Assembly: GCA_050692055.1 (NCBI GenBank)
Contig: JBOGTC010000075.1
Location: 4,438 to 68,437, forward strand
DNA from: Candidatus Limnocylindria bacterium
GTDB lineage: Bacteria > Chloroflexota > Limnocylindria > QHBO01
DNA: 64,000 nt
Reading direction: 5' to 3'
Shown: in pieces, positions 1 to 8,512 of the stretch
How the letters are laid out: each line of letters begins with the position of its first letter
Numbering within the stretch: the first letter of the stretch is position 1
Notes under the pieces: model-generated
The model's input: only the letters and a program-made list of their open reading frames with translations
What the model was told of the DNA's origin: nothing
The model's database searches: none
Program-made: the position numbers and the translations under genes

Positions 1-597
1 GGCCCCGTCCAGGTGCGCCGACTCCATCAGGTCGCGCGGCAGCTGGGCGATGAAGTTGTAGAGCAGGAAGATGGCGAGCGGCAGGCCGAATCCCGCGTGC
101 GCCAGCCATGTGCCGAGGAAGGTGCCGGACAGGTCGAGCTCGGTGTACAGGCGCAGGAGCGGGATGAGCGACATCTGCAGCGGCACGACCAGCAGGCCGA
201 TGACCAGCGCGAAGAGCAGGCCGCGACCCGGGAAGCGCATCCAGGCGAAGGCATACGCGGCGAAGGCGGCCATGGTGATGGGGATGGCGGTGGCTGGAAT
301 GGTGACGATCAGCGAGTTGAGGAACGCCTCGGCCATCCCATCGGCGCCCAGCACCGAGGCGTAGTTGCCCACCGTCCACTGCGCGGACTCGAACGGGTGA
401 AGCACCGCCTCCCACCAGCCGCTGGAGCGGATCGCGTTCGGCTCGCGCAGCGAGCTCACCAGCAGGCCCACCGTGGGCAACGACCAGATGACCACGATGA
501 GCACCACTGCCACGCGCAGGGGCGCCCCCTGCACGAGGCGCTCCCATCGCGAGCGCGACACGCGGGACGGTTGGAGCGTCGTGGCCGGGGCTGTCAC
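1..597 (-). CDS. Carbohydrate ABC transporter permease (MalG-like), 3' part; gene continues beyond window start
   Basis: My translation of the minus strand gives VTAPATTLQPSRVSRSRWERLVQGAPLRVAVVLIVVIWSLPTVGLL...NYASVLGADGMAEAFLNSLIVTIPATAIPITMAAFAAYAFAWMRFPGRGLLFALVIGLLVVPLQMSLIPLL, a typical inner-membrane permease. GTG start at 597 overlaps the upstream permease stop (GTGA). Not in ORF track because it runs off the window. Confidence 0.55.
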   Translation of the reverse strand, partial: MTAPATTLQPSRVSRSRWERLVQGAPLRVAVVLIVVIWSLPTVGLLVSSLREPNAIRSSGWWEAVLHPFESAQWTVGNYASVLGADGMAEAFLNSLIVTIPATAIPITMAAFAAYAFAWMRFPGRGLLFALVIGLLVVPLQMSLIPLLRLYTELDLSGTFLGTWLAHAGFGLPLAIFLLYNFIAQLPRDLMESAHLDGA

Positions 598-1802
598 GAG
601 TTGATCCCCTGCCGCCGCAGGTTGCGGACGTTGATGTACATGATCGGGATCACGGCCACGAACAGGACCACCGCCAGCGCCGAGGCGTGGCCGAAGTTCC
701 GGAAGCGGAAGAACTCGGTGAACATGCGGTTGGCGATGACATCGGTCTCGAACCGTCCACCGGTGATGACGAAGACGATGTCGAACACCTTGAGGACCAC
801 GATGGCGATCGTGGTCGCCACGGTCAGGATCGAGCCGCGAATCATGGGCACCACGACGCGGAAGAAGAGCTGCCGCTCGCTGGCACCGTCACAGCGGGCG
901 GCCTCGATGACCTCCGACGGCAGCCCCTTGATGGCCGCCGACAGGATGACCATGGCGAAGCCGGTCTGCAGCCAGACCATGATCAGGATCAGGGCAAAGG
1001 TATTGAGCGGTGGCTGCTGCATCCAGGCCACCGGCTCATTGCCGATCGCGGTCCAGCCCGCGTTCAGGATGCCAATCTGCGGCTGGCCGGGCGGCTGCCA
1101 CGCGTAGACGAAACGCCAGATGACGGCCGCGCCCACCATGCTGATGGCGAGCGGCAGGAAGATGAATGTCTTCGCCAGCGCCTCGCGCTTCACGCGGTCG
1201 ACAAGCGTAGCGATGAGGAGGCCGAGCGCAACGCTGCCACCCGTCGCCAGCACGAGCCACAGGACGTTGTTGCGGATCGCGATGAGCATGTCGCCGTCCG
1301 AGAAGACGAACCCGAAGTTCTCGGCCGCGCCGGCACCCTCGGTCAGGCTGGTGATGATGGTGCTCGTGGTGGGGAAGACGAGATACACGCCCACCATCAA
1401 CAGCGCAGGACCGATGAAGATCCAGGGCAGGACCCGGCTACGCCAGCTCGAGCCCAGCCGTTCGACCGCGGCATTGGCGCCGATATAGACGAGCCACACG
1501 CCGCCCACGCCCATCGCCAGGGCGACCGCCGCCAGCATGAGCTTCGAGGTGAGGGTCGGGATGCCGAGGGCGCGGATTGCATCCGCCTCGGCGTCGAGGC
1601 CGATCAGGTCGTAGAGGCCGATGAGAAGCCGCGTCGGTCCCTGTGGATCGGCCAGGAAGCCGACGCTCCACCACATCGCCGCCAGGGCGGCGATGCCGCC
1701 GAGCGGGGCGGCCAGCCTCCGCGCGATGCTCTTCGCCGAGGCACGCTGGGTGACGAGAGGCGCGGCTGCTGCTGTGCTCATCGGCTGCTCATGTTGAGGC
1801 AC
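594..1802 (-). CDS. Carbohydrate ABC transporter permease (MalF/UgpA-like)
   Basis: 402-aa ORF with multiple TM helices and the EAA-like segment (GLPSEVIEAARCDGASERQLFFRVVVPMIRGSI) characteristic of binding-protein-dependent permeases. Follows the solute-binding-protein gene on the same strand. Confidence 0.8.
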   Translation of the reverse strand: MPQHEQPMSTAAAAPLVTQRASAKSIARRLAAPLGGIAALAAMWWSVGFLADPQGPTRLLIGLYDLIGLDAEADAIRALGIPTLTSKLMLAAVALAMGVGGVWLVYIGANAAVERLGSSWRSRVLPWIFIGPALLMVGVYLVFPTTSTIITSLTEGAGAAENFGFVFSDGDMLIAIRNNVLWLVLATGGSVALGLLIATLVDRVKREALAKTFIFLPLAISMVGAAVIWRFVYAWQPPGQPQIGILNAGWTAIGNEPVAWMQQPPLNTFALILIMVWLQTGFAMVILSAAIKGLPSEVIEAARCDGASERQLFFRVVVPMIRGSILTVATTIAIVVLKVFDIVFVITGGRFETDVIANRMFTEFFRFRNFGHASALAVVLFVAVIPIMYINVRNLRRQGINS

Positions 1803-1839
1803 GGGGGCGGGTCATCGCGACCCGCCCCCGTGCCGAGCG

Positions 1840-3252
1840 TCACTCGGCGGGCCAGCTGGCCTCGATCTCGGCAAAGACCTCCTCCGTGCCCTCGCCGTTG
1901 GCGGCGACCCACTCGACCATCCCCGTCCAGAACGTGCCCGCGCCGACCTCGGCCGGCATGGTGTCCGAGGCGTCGAAGCGGAGCGCATCGGCGTTGGCCA
2001 GGATCTCCGCCAGGCCCGACGAGGGATAGGTGCTGTACCACTCCTGCGGCACCTGGTTGTTCGGCGAGACGAACCCGCCGACCTCGATCCAGTGCTGCGC
2101 CGCCTCCGGCGTGGCCAGGAACTGCATCACGGCCCGAACCTCGGGCCGGTCGTCGAAGGCCACGAACATGTCGCCGCCGCCGAGGACCGGACGTCCGAAC
2201 TCCTCATCGATGGGTGGCAGGTAGAAGAACGAGCTGTCCTCTCCGGGGGTGAAGAGCGGCGTCGGCGGATCGGTCGACTCGTCGGCCGGCCAGAAGGCCG
2301 GGATCCAGGCCGCCTGCTTGTGCATGAAGCAGTCGGGGCCGCCATCCGCGAACATCGGGTTCTGGGTGTCGCCCACGAACGTGGCGTTGATCGCCGTGTT
2401 GCCGCCGAAGACGTACTCGGGGTTGAACCAGATCTCGCTCATGAGCTCGGCGGCGTTGAGCACGGCCGGATCATCGAACGGGATCTCGTGGCTCACCCAG
2501 GCATCGTACGTCTCCAGTGGCGCCGTGCGGAGCAGGATGTCCTCGATCCAGTCGGTCGCCACCCAGCCGGTGGCGTCACCGTGCTCCATGCTCACGCACC
2601 AGGGCGTGCCGCCATCGGCCACGATCTGGTCCGAGAGCGCGATGAGGTCGTCCCACGTCTCCGGGATTTCGTAGCCGGCCTCCTCGAAGGCGGCGTTCGG
2701 ATACCACACGATCGACTTGAGGTCGGTCTTGTAGTACAGGCCGTACAGGTTGCCGTCGACGGATGCCAGGTCGAGGAACGACTGGATGTAGTCCGCCTGC
2801 AGCGCTTCCATGTCCATGAACTCGCTCAGGTTGACGAGATGGCCGTCGGCCTGGAACGAGCGCATCAGCCCGGGCTGCGCGATCTGCGCGATGTCGGGCG
2901 CATCGCCGCCTTCCACCCGGACGTTGAGGACCGTCTCGTAGTCGGTTATGCCCTCGTACGCGACGTCGATGCCGGTGCGCTCGGCGAAACCGGCCAGGTT
3001 GCCCTCGAAGTTATCGGCCTCGGCCTCGACCCACTGGGCCAGGATCGCCACCGTGGTCCCCTCGAACTCTCCGGCTTCGGCGCGCTCGAGCTCCGTGCCC
3101 GTCGCCGCGGCCGTCTCGTCGGGTGCCTCAGTGGGGCTGCCCGGCTCAGGTTCGCCGGCGTCGGTGGGTGCGGTGCCCTGGTTGGCGCATGCGGCCAGGA
3201 CGAGCACGAGGACCCACGCCATGGCGAGGAATCTACGGGTTCGCATCTGCAT
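1840..3252 (-). CDS. Extracellular solute-binding protein (family 1) of sugar ABC transporter; lipoprotein
   Basis: ORF 1840..3333 trimmed to internal ATG (MQMRTRRFLAMAWVLVLVLAAC, lipoprotein signal with Cys) preceded by GAAGGGA RBS. Remainder matches sugar-binding SBP fold. Confidence 0.8.
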   Translation of the reverse strand: MQMRTRRFLAMAWVLVLVLAACANQGTAPTDAGEPEPGSPTEAPDETAAATGTELERAEAGEFEGTTVAILAQWVEAEADNFEGNLAGFAERTGIDVAYEGITDYETVLNVRVEGGDAPDIAQIAQPGLMRSFQADGHLVNLSEFMDMEALQADYIQSFLDLASVDGNLYGLYYKTDLKSIVWYPNAAFEEAGYEIPETWDDLIALSDQIVADGGTPWCVSMEHGDATGWVATDWIEDILLRTAPLETYDAWVSHEIPFDDPAVLNAAELMSEIWFNPEYVFGGNTAINATFVGDTQNPMFADGGPDCFMHKQAAWIPAFWPADESTDPPTPLFTPGEDSSFFYLPPIDEEFGRPVLGGGDMFVAFDDRPEVRAVMQFLATPEAAQHWIEVGGFVSPNNQVPQEWYSTYPSSGLAEILANADALRFDASDTMPAEVGAGTFWTGMVEWVAANGEGTEEVFAEIEASWPAE

Positions 3253-3335
3253 GTCCCTTCCTTCGTGTTGCTTTCGTCTTGCTCGGGGCGCGCCTGCGGG
3301 CGCGCCGGGTTTCGCAGGGCCGATGGGCGACATGG

Positions 3336-4316
3336 TCAGCGCGTCCCCACCTCCCTCCCGGGCTCGGCAAGGCCGGCACCGATGCCACGGCGGGCGACGG
3401 CGGCAGCCCCCAGCGCTCCGACCGGCCGCGCGTCGTCGAGGATCTCGATCGCGTCATGCGCGATGGCGCGATGCACGAGGGGCGAAGCCACGCGCTCCCG
3501 CTCGATGGCGGCCATGAGCGGATCCCGGAATGGGCGGCCAGCGCGCGAGACGCCGCCCCCGATGACGATTCGCGGGACGCCGAATCCCAGTGCCAGGCCG
3601 CGTACCGCCCGCGCGAGGTGACCGGCCGCTCGCTCAGCGATCTCGGTCGCGAGGGAGTCCCCGGCTGCAGCGGCCCGATACACCTCCGCCGTTTCCGGCG
3701 TCGATCTCATCGAGCTGCGCCGGCCCTCGGCCATTGCTTCGCGAGCCGCCCGCGCGACAGCGGGCCCCGACGCCACGGCCTCCAGGCAGCCGTCCAGGCC
3801 GCACACGCACCGGGGTCCCGCGGCGTCGGCCACGGTATGACCGATCTCACCGGCGAGACCGTCGGCGCCGCGGATGACGATCCCGTTCACCACGACGCCG
3901 GCGGAGATGCCGGTGCCGACGCTCAGATAGGCCAGGTACGGGCCGTGGCCGGTGGCGTGCAGCCAGGCCACGACGGCGCGCGCATCGTGCTCGACGAAGC
4001 ACGGGACGCCAACCGCGGCGGCCACCAGCGCTCCGATCGCCAGCTCGCCTGCCCCGAGGTTGACGGCCAGGCGGATGACGCCCGAGTCGGCGTCCACCTG
4101 GCCGGGCACGACCACCCCGAGGGCGGCCAGCGAGCCTGCCTCGCCGTGAGCCTCGACGAGCAGCGAGCGGGCGAGAGCCACGACCTGAACGTCGAGCGCC
4201 TCGCCGTTGAGCTGCTGCTCGCCCATTGCGCGAACCGCGTTCGTCTCGGCGTCCAGCGCCGCACCGGCGACCTTCGAGCCGCCGACGTCGATGCCCACGA
4301 TGAGGCGATCCGTCAT
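3336..4316 (-). CDS. ROK family sugar kinase (glucokinase-like)
   Basis: MTDRLIVGIDVGGSKV... with ROK signatures, including a Cys cluster CVCGLDGCLE. Start chosen at internal ATG (4316) that forms an ATGA overlap with the upstream regulator stop. The N-terminal 150 aa of the track ORF is Arg-rich and non-protein-like. Confidence 0.75.
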   Translation of the reverse strand: MTDRLIVGIDVGGSKVAGAALDAETNAVRAMGEQQLNGEALDVQVVALARSLLVEAHGEAGSLAALGVVVPGQVDADSGVIRLAVNLGAGELAIGALVAAAVGVPCFVEHDARAVVAWLHATGHGPYLAYLSVGTGISAGVVVNGIVIRGADGLAGEIGHTVADAAGPRCVCGLDGCLEAVASGPAVARAAREAMAEGRRSSMRSTPETAEVYRAAAAGDSLATEIAERAAGHLARAVRGLALGFGVPRIVIGGGVSRAGRPFRDPLMAAIERERVASPLVHRAIAHDAIEILDDARPVGALGAAAVARRGIGAGLAEPGREVGTR

Positions 4317-5515
4317 CGCGCCGGCGCCAGTCCGAGCTCTCGTGTCATCAGCAGCGCTGCCGCCCCGAGCAGGACGAGGTCCGACCCCAGGCGGCCGACC
4401 TCGATACGCGTCGCGTCGGCCAGCAGCGCCAGCGCGCTCCGGTGCGCCTCCCGCCGGACCGCCGTGAGCCACGGATCGCCGAAGCGCGTCATCTCGCCGA
4501 CCAGCACCACGTGCCGCACGCTCAGGGTCCCGATCAGGGATCCGATCGTGCGACCGAGGTGCCTCGCTCCGTCGAGAACGACCTCGCGCGCCAGGTCGTC
4601 TCCGGCCTCGAAGGCATGCTTCACGTCGGCAAGGTCGATCCCGTCCGTGGTGGAGGATCGGTGGAGCATCGACTCCGGCGCGTGCGGGGCCAGCTCGCGC
4701 GCGCGGAGGACGACCGCCCGCGTCGAGGCGAGCGTCTCGAGGCATCCGACGCTGCCGCATCGGCACGGCCGATAGTTGTCCGCGATCGCCGAATGTCCGA
4801 TCTCGCCGGCGCCTGACCCTTCGCCCTGGTAGAGATGGCCGTTGAGGACGAGCCCGGCACCGATGCCGCGACCGACCTTGACCACCACCATGCTCTCCGA
4901 GGGCTCATGCCCGCCGAACGTGTGCTCGCCCAGTGCGGCCGCGTGCGAATCGTTGGCGACGTACACCGGCAGCTGCCAGCGTTGACGAAGGCGCTCGCCC
5001 AGCGCGAGGTCGCGCCAATCCAGGTTCACCGCCCAGCGCACGGTTCCGCTCGCGGTGTCGATCAGCCCGGGTGTGCCGATGCCGATACCGAGCATCGGCT
5101 GCCGCGGCGACTTGAGCAGCTTCTCGATCAGCGTGTCGAGCCGTGCGAGGGCCTGGTCTCCGTCTCGACCGTCCAGCGGAAGCTCGACGCGCCCGCGGAT
5201 CTCGCCCCGCAGGTTCACGATGGCGCCGGTCAGCAGGCTGTCGCCCACCTCGATTCCGATCAGGTGGCGCGCCTCGTCGGGAACGCGCAGGAGGATCGGC
5301 GCCTTGCCGCCGGTCGACTGTCCGGGCCCGATCTCCTCGGTCAGCCCTGACTCGAGCAGGCCTTCCACGACGTCGGAGATGGTGGTCCGGGTCAGTCCCG
5401 TACGGCGTGCGATCTCGGCTCGGCTGATGGGACTGTCGTCGAAGATCGTCCTGAGCACGAGCCGCTGGTTGATGAGCCGCGTCTGCCGGTTCGTGGCCTT
5501 CTGCAGGGCTGGCAT
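4313..5515 (-). CDS. ROK family transcriptional regulator (NagC/XylR-like; N-terminal wHTH + ROK sugar-binding domain)
   Basis: 400 aa. N-terminal HTH segment (ISRAEIARRTGLTRTTISDVVEGL), then ROK domain with zinc motif CRCGSVGCLE. First gene of the sugar operon. Confidence 0.75.
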   Translation of the reverse strand: MPALQKATNRQTRLINQRLVLRTIFDDSPISRAEIARRTGLTRTTISDVVEGLLESGLTEEIGPGQSTGGKAPILLRVPDEARHLIGIEVGDSLLTGAIVNLRGEIRGRVELPLDGRDGDQALARLDTLIEKLLKSPRQPMLGIGIGTPGLIDTASGTVRWAVNLDWRDLALGERLRQRWQLPVYVANDSHAAALGEHTFGGHEPSESMVVVKVGRGIGAGLVLNGHLYQGEGSGAGEIGHSAIADNYRPCRCGSVGCLETLASTRAVVLRARELAPHAPESMLHRSSTTDGIDLADVKHAFEAGDDLAREVVLDGARHLGRTIGSLIGTLSVRHVVLVGEMTRFGDPWLTAVRREAHRSALALLADATRIEVGRLGSDLVLLGAAALLMTRELGLAPAR

Positions 5516-5531
5516 GGTGCTCGGGCAACCC

Positions 5532-5596
5532 CTTTGTTCAGACTACTGACAAAGTACGCTCCGAGCATACCCTCTTTGTCAAGTGTCCTGACAAAG
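5532..5596. promoter_or_regulatory. Two tandem 23-bp inverted-repeat operator candidates (CTTTGT-N11-ACAAAG) in the promoter region of the ROK regulator operon
   Basis: Seen directly: cTTTGTtcagactactgACAAAG (5532-5554) and CTTTGTCAagtgtccTGACAAAG (5574-5596), 17-80 bp upstream of the ROK regulator start codon. Confidence 0.5.
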
Positions 5597-5986
5597 GCGC
5601 GGCGGCCGGGCGGCCCAGGTTGATTCCCCGGCCCAGCTGGCTCGCCCTGGCCCGCGCAAACGAAGCGCGCAGTCGACGGGGCGAAGTCATCTGACCGGTC
5701 AAATGCTGTCCTGGTGCGCGTTAGCCGCAACTTGCCCGCGCCGGAACGGCCTGCGCCGCCCCAATTCGTGCTCAGCCGCGCTTGCATCCGCCGCCGCGGG
5801 TGTCGAGCGGCCGGCTAACGCGCGTGACACGCGCACTTGACCGGGAGAAGTTACGCGGCCGATCAACCGCCGTCCTGGTCCGCGCCAGGCCGAAGGGCGC
5901 TACCATTGCCCAGCCCGCGTGCGCGCTCCTCCTGGCACCCCCAGCGAACGCGGCCGATCGTTCGAGCGCACTTCAGGAAACCTTCG

Positions 5987-6277
5987 ATGACCGATGCGCT
6001 CGGTGCCATCGCAGCCTCATGGGGCGTGCTGATGGCCATCTCGCCTCTCCTGCAGATCCGCCGCATGCTCGCGCGGCGGTCGTCGTCCGACGTCTCGCTG
6101 GGCTACCTGGCGGTGCTCGAGATCGGCTTCACGCTGTGGATCGCGTACGGTATCGCCCTGGGCAATGCCGCCCTGATCGTTCCGAACACGGTCGCCTTCG
6201 TCATCGGCCTCGCGACCATCCTGGTGACGCTCCGATTCCGCGCCGGGCCGGCCGCCATGACCGAGCCCAGCCGCTGA
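5987..6277 (+). CDS. SemiSWEET / PQ-loop (MtN3-saliva-like) 3-TM sugar transporter
   Basis: Internal ATG of ORF 5837..6277 gives a 96-aa protein with three TM helices and an SPLLQIRRM PQ-loop-like motif. The upstream 50 aa of the ORF is low-complexity. Confidence 0.55.
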   Translation: MTDALGAIAASWGVLMAISPLLQIRRMLARRSSSDVSLGYLAVLEIGFTLWIAYGIALGNAALIVPNTVAFVIGLATILVTLRFRAGPAAMTEPSR

Positions 6278-6283
6278 CGCGTG

Positions 6284-6510
6284 CCGCGGGCGCCGCTGGA
6301 TCACGCGGAGACCGCCTGCTCGCAGCACTGCTCGCCCACTGCAACGTATCCGAGGTCTAAGGCCGCTTCGAGTCTCCAGGCAGACCAGATATCGGGTCAA
6401 TGTTCCGTACGCGACGCATTGGCGCTATGTGCCGCGGCTGTGCCCGCGCTCAGCTCGGGTAAGTGGCATCAGCCGCGCATTAGTGGCATCTGGCGGGCTG
6501 GTCAGCCGGA
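6284..6510. repeat. Copy A of a ~230-bp duplicated intergenic element (second copy at 11757-11990), possible structured ncRNA
   Basis: Direct alignment of the two regions shows about 80-85% identity over ~230 bp with small indels (a 3-nt and a 1-nt). Conserved blocks: cacgcGGAGACcgcctgctcg, tatccgaggtc, cgaGTCTCCaggca, atatcgggtcaatg, cgcgacgcattg, cccgcgctcagctcgg, gcatcagccgcgcatt, gtggcatctg, ggtcagccgg. Both copies begin within ~10 nt of a + strand stop codon. Confidence 0.6.
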
Positions 6511-6831
6511 GCGTGTGTGCTCATCGGCTCCGCACTGCGGCAGGTTCTCGACGTGGCTGTCCGGCGCGGCGTCCGAGGCTGAGCGGATGGTCACCGTCCC
6601 GCAGAGGGGGCAGACGAAGGGCAGGACCGATGACGAGAGCCCGCTGGTGGCGCTTGCCGTGTGGAAACGCTCTCCCGCGCGGACGGCGGTGACGAAGCTC
6701 ACCACGCTCCATCGCTCCGTTTCGCCGTCCGCCTCCGTGGTGTGCAGCGCCACCACGTGCGTGTGGTCGGGCGCCCGCGGCACAGTGCCCCGCTCGACGC
6801 AGACCACCCTGTGACTTGCGGCGTACTCCAC
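6502..6831 (-). CDS. Hypothetical Cys-containing small protein (possible zinc-ribbon)
   Basis: Part of ORF 6502..6972. GTG at 6831 is preceded by GAGGAGGA RBS. Product VEYAASHRVVCVERG...VLPFVCPLCGTVTI...PQCGADEH. Codon third-position GC is high, consistent with coding. No recognisable family. Confidence 0.3.
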   Translation of the reverse strand: MEYAASHRVVCVERGTVPRAPDHTHVVALHTTEADGETERWSVVSFVTAVRAGERFHTASATSGLSSSVLPFVCPLCGTVTIRSASDAAPDSHVENLPQCGADEHTRSG

Positions 6832-6894
6832 GAAACCGTCCTCCTCGACAAAGCCTCGGGCGCACAGCCACCCCTCGCTGCTGCGTGATAATAG

Positions 6895-6924
6895 TTGAAT
6901 AGAGAGGGCGCGCTCCGCTAGGAT
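6895..6924 (+). promoter_or_regulatory. Sigma70-like promoter candidate (TTGAAT-N18-TAGGAT) for the 38-aa peptide gene
   Basis: Seen in sequence within an unusually AT-rich patch (gataatagTTGAATagagagggcgcgctccgcTAGGATcgcg). It lies ~45 nt upstream of an AAAGGAGC RBS. Confidence 0.4.
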
Positions 6925-6971
6925 CGCGTTCTCGGGTGGGGACCGATGCGCCCGGCGAGCGGAAAGGAGCA

Positions 6972-7088
6972 ATGCTCATGACTCGCCTCCGCTCGACCCT
7001 GACCTCTCTGGGCCTCTCACTGATGTTGCTGCTTATGAACGTCGCCATCCTATTGGCGAGCGAAAGCAAGCCCCCGTTCCCGAAGTAG
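6972..7088 (+). CDS. 38-aa pre-peptide (signal-peptide-like hydrophobic N-terminus plus polar C-terminal tail), candidate secreted signalling pro-peptide or small membrane toxin
   Basis: ATG with strong RBS (GGAAAGGAGCaATG). Translation MLMTRLRSTLTSLGLSLMLLLMNVAILLASESKPPFPK then TAG. Located 65 bp beyond the 3' end of the convergent XRE-TPR regulator. Local GC is lower than surroundings. Confidence 0.35.
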   Translation: MLMTRLRSTLTSLGLSLMLLLMNVAILLASESKPPFPK

Positions 7089-7152
7089 AAGAGCTCTAAG
7101 TCCGCTAACTCAGTCCGACGCGGCTCGCCAGTGCCCGGTCTCCGCCTCGACG

Positions 7153-8442
7153 CTAGCGCCCCAACGCCTCCGCGTATAGCCGATTCGCCGCGGCGAACTC
7201 GCCTTGGGCAGTGAGGAGATCGGCCCATTCGGCGAGCACTTGACGTACTCGTTGCGCTGGGCCTCTCTCGCGGAGAATCGAAGCCGCAGCGGCAAATGAC
7301 TTTCCAGCGTCATCAAAGGCGCCGCGTTCGCGGGCGATGCGAGCACGGGTCACGAGCGCGCGCGCCTGAGCCACGTGCGATCCGCCGCTTTCCGCAGCAT
7401 CGATAACCTCGCTGATGAGCCGCTCGGCTGTGGCACCATCACCAGCAGCCCACGCAATCCTCGCCTTCGTCTCCAGGATCTCAGAAAGAACGTGCGCGTC
7501 GTCGTGCGCGTTGGCGATCGCCTCCGCGTACTTCACCTGCTCTTGGGCTTTGGACGTGTTGCCCAGCTCGAGATACGTGAGGGCAAGATTATTAGCAAGC
7601 GCGGCATGCTCCACGCTCGACTCGATCGCCCGATACAGCGCGAAGCTCTGCATTCCAGTACGGAGCGCACGCTCGTAATCACCCGACATGTGATGCTGCA
7701 GCGCCAGCCCCGAGAGGAAGGCAGCCTGCTGCTTCAGGCTGAGCCCATCGGTCAGCGAGCGCGCCTCCTCCATGTAGCTCAATGCGCGCTCAGGGTTCCC
7801 ATCCCAAGCCTCGACATTCGCAACTGCGGTCAGTAGGCGGAAGCGGAAGTCGGGCGCGACATTGAGGCCGCCCCGTTCCGCGTCGAGAAGCTCCTGGAGC
7901 AGGCTGCGCGCTTCGGCGGGGTTGTCCTGCCGATAGTGCGCGAAGGCGAGCCAGTACTTCGACCAGGCAGCATCGGTCGCCAGGTCCATCCGAGAGAACG
8001 CTTCTGCCGCCTCCGCAGCGGGACCGATGGCCTCCGATCCCCGATCCAGCCGGCACAGCGCCTCGGCCATGCCACGCAGCAGCTCGGCTCGAACGCGCCC
8101 CACGGGATTCGCATCAAGCAGCAGCTGGTACCGATCGAGCGCCTCCTGCCAGCGTCCGGCAGCCAGCGCCAGGTCGGCTTCGAGACGCGCGGAGGCGGGC
8201 TGCTCCACGTCCAGGAAGTCGCGCGGTGAGAGACCAAGACGCTCGGCAAGGAACGAGAGCGCGGCCATCGATGGCTTTGCGTGCCCCAGCTCGAGCGCGC
8301 TGATGTAGGCGCTCGTGTAGCGGCCCGCGGCGAGTTCTGCCTGGGTCAAGCCGGCTTGACGGCGTGCGTTGCGGATGCGGGTGCCGACGCGCTCAGCGAG
8401 CGCCCGGTTGTCGACCACCAGCACGTGCCGTCTCTTCCGCAC
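7153..8442 (-). CDS. XRE-family HTH + tetratricopeptide-repeat transcriptional regulator (RRNPP/Rgg-like architecture)
   Basis: 429 aa. N-terminal HTH_XRE (RIRNARRQAGLTQAELAAGRYTSAYISALELGHAKPSMAALSFLAERLGLS), then ~350 aa of TPR-like helical repeats. Confidence 0.75.
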   Translation of the reverse strand: MRKRRHVLVVDNRALAERVGTRIRNARRQAGLTQAELAAGRYTSAYISALELGHAKPSMAALSFLAERLGLSPRDFLDVEQPASARLEADLALAAGRWQEALDRYQLLLDANPVGRVRAELLRGMAEALCRLDRGSEAIGPAAEAAEAFSRMDLATDAAWSKYWLAFAHYRQDNPAEARSLLQELLDAERGGLNVAPDFRFRLLTAVANVEAWDGNPERALSYMEEARSLTDGLSLKQQAAFLSGLALQHHMSGDYERALRTGMQSFALYRAIESSVEHAALANNLALTYLELGNTSKAQEQVKYAEAIANAHDDAHVLSEILETKARIAWAAGDGATAERLISEVIDAAESGGSHVAQARALVTRARIARERGAFDDAGKSFAAAASILRERGPAQRVRQVLAEWADLLTAQGEFAAANRLYAEALGR

Positions 8443-8512
8443 GGCGACAGGGTACTCCAGCCCAAGTACGGTTTGAATGCCCCATTCCGCAGCAGGAGCG
8501 GAGGAATTCTGG

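Noticed and set aside
13-1107. 364-aa + strand ORF at window start
   Set aside because: Arg/Gly/Asp-rich low-complexity translation, antisense to two clear permease genes. Typical GC-bias artefact.
687-2252. 521-aa + strand ORF
   Set aside because: Antisense to permease and solute-binding-protein genes. Product is Arg/Pro/Gly-rich with no domain.
3123-4775. 550-aa + strand ORF
   Set aside because: Antisense to ROK kinase/regulator. Low-complexity.
6281-6814. 177-aa + strand ORF spanning repeat copy A
   Set aside because: The two repeat copies differ by frame-breaking indels, so the region is not protein-coding.
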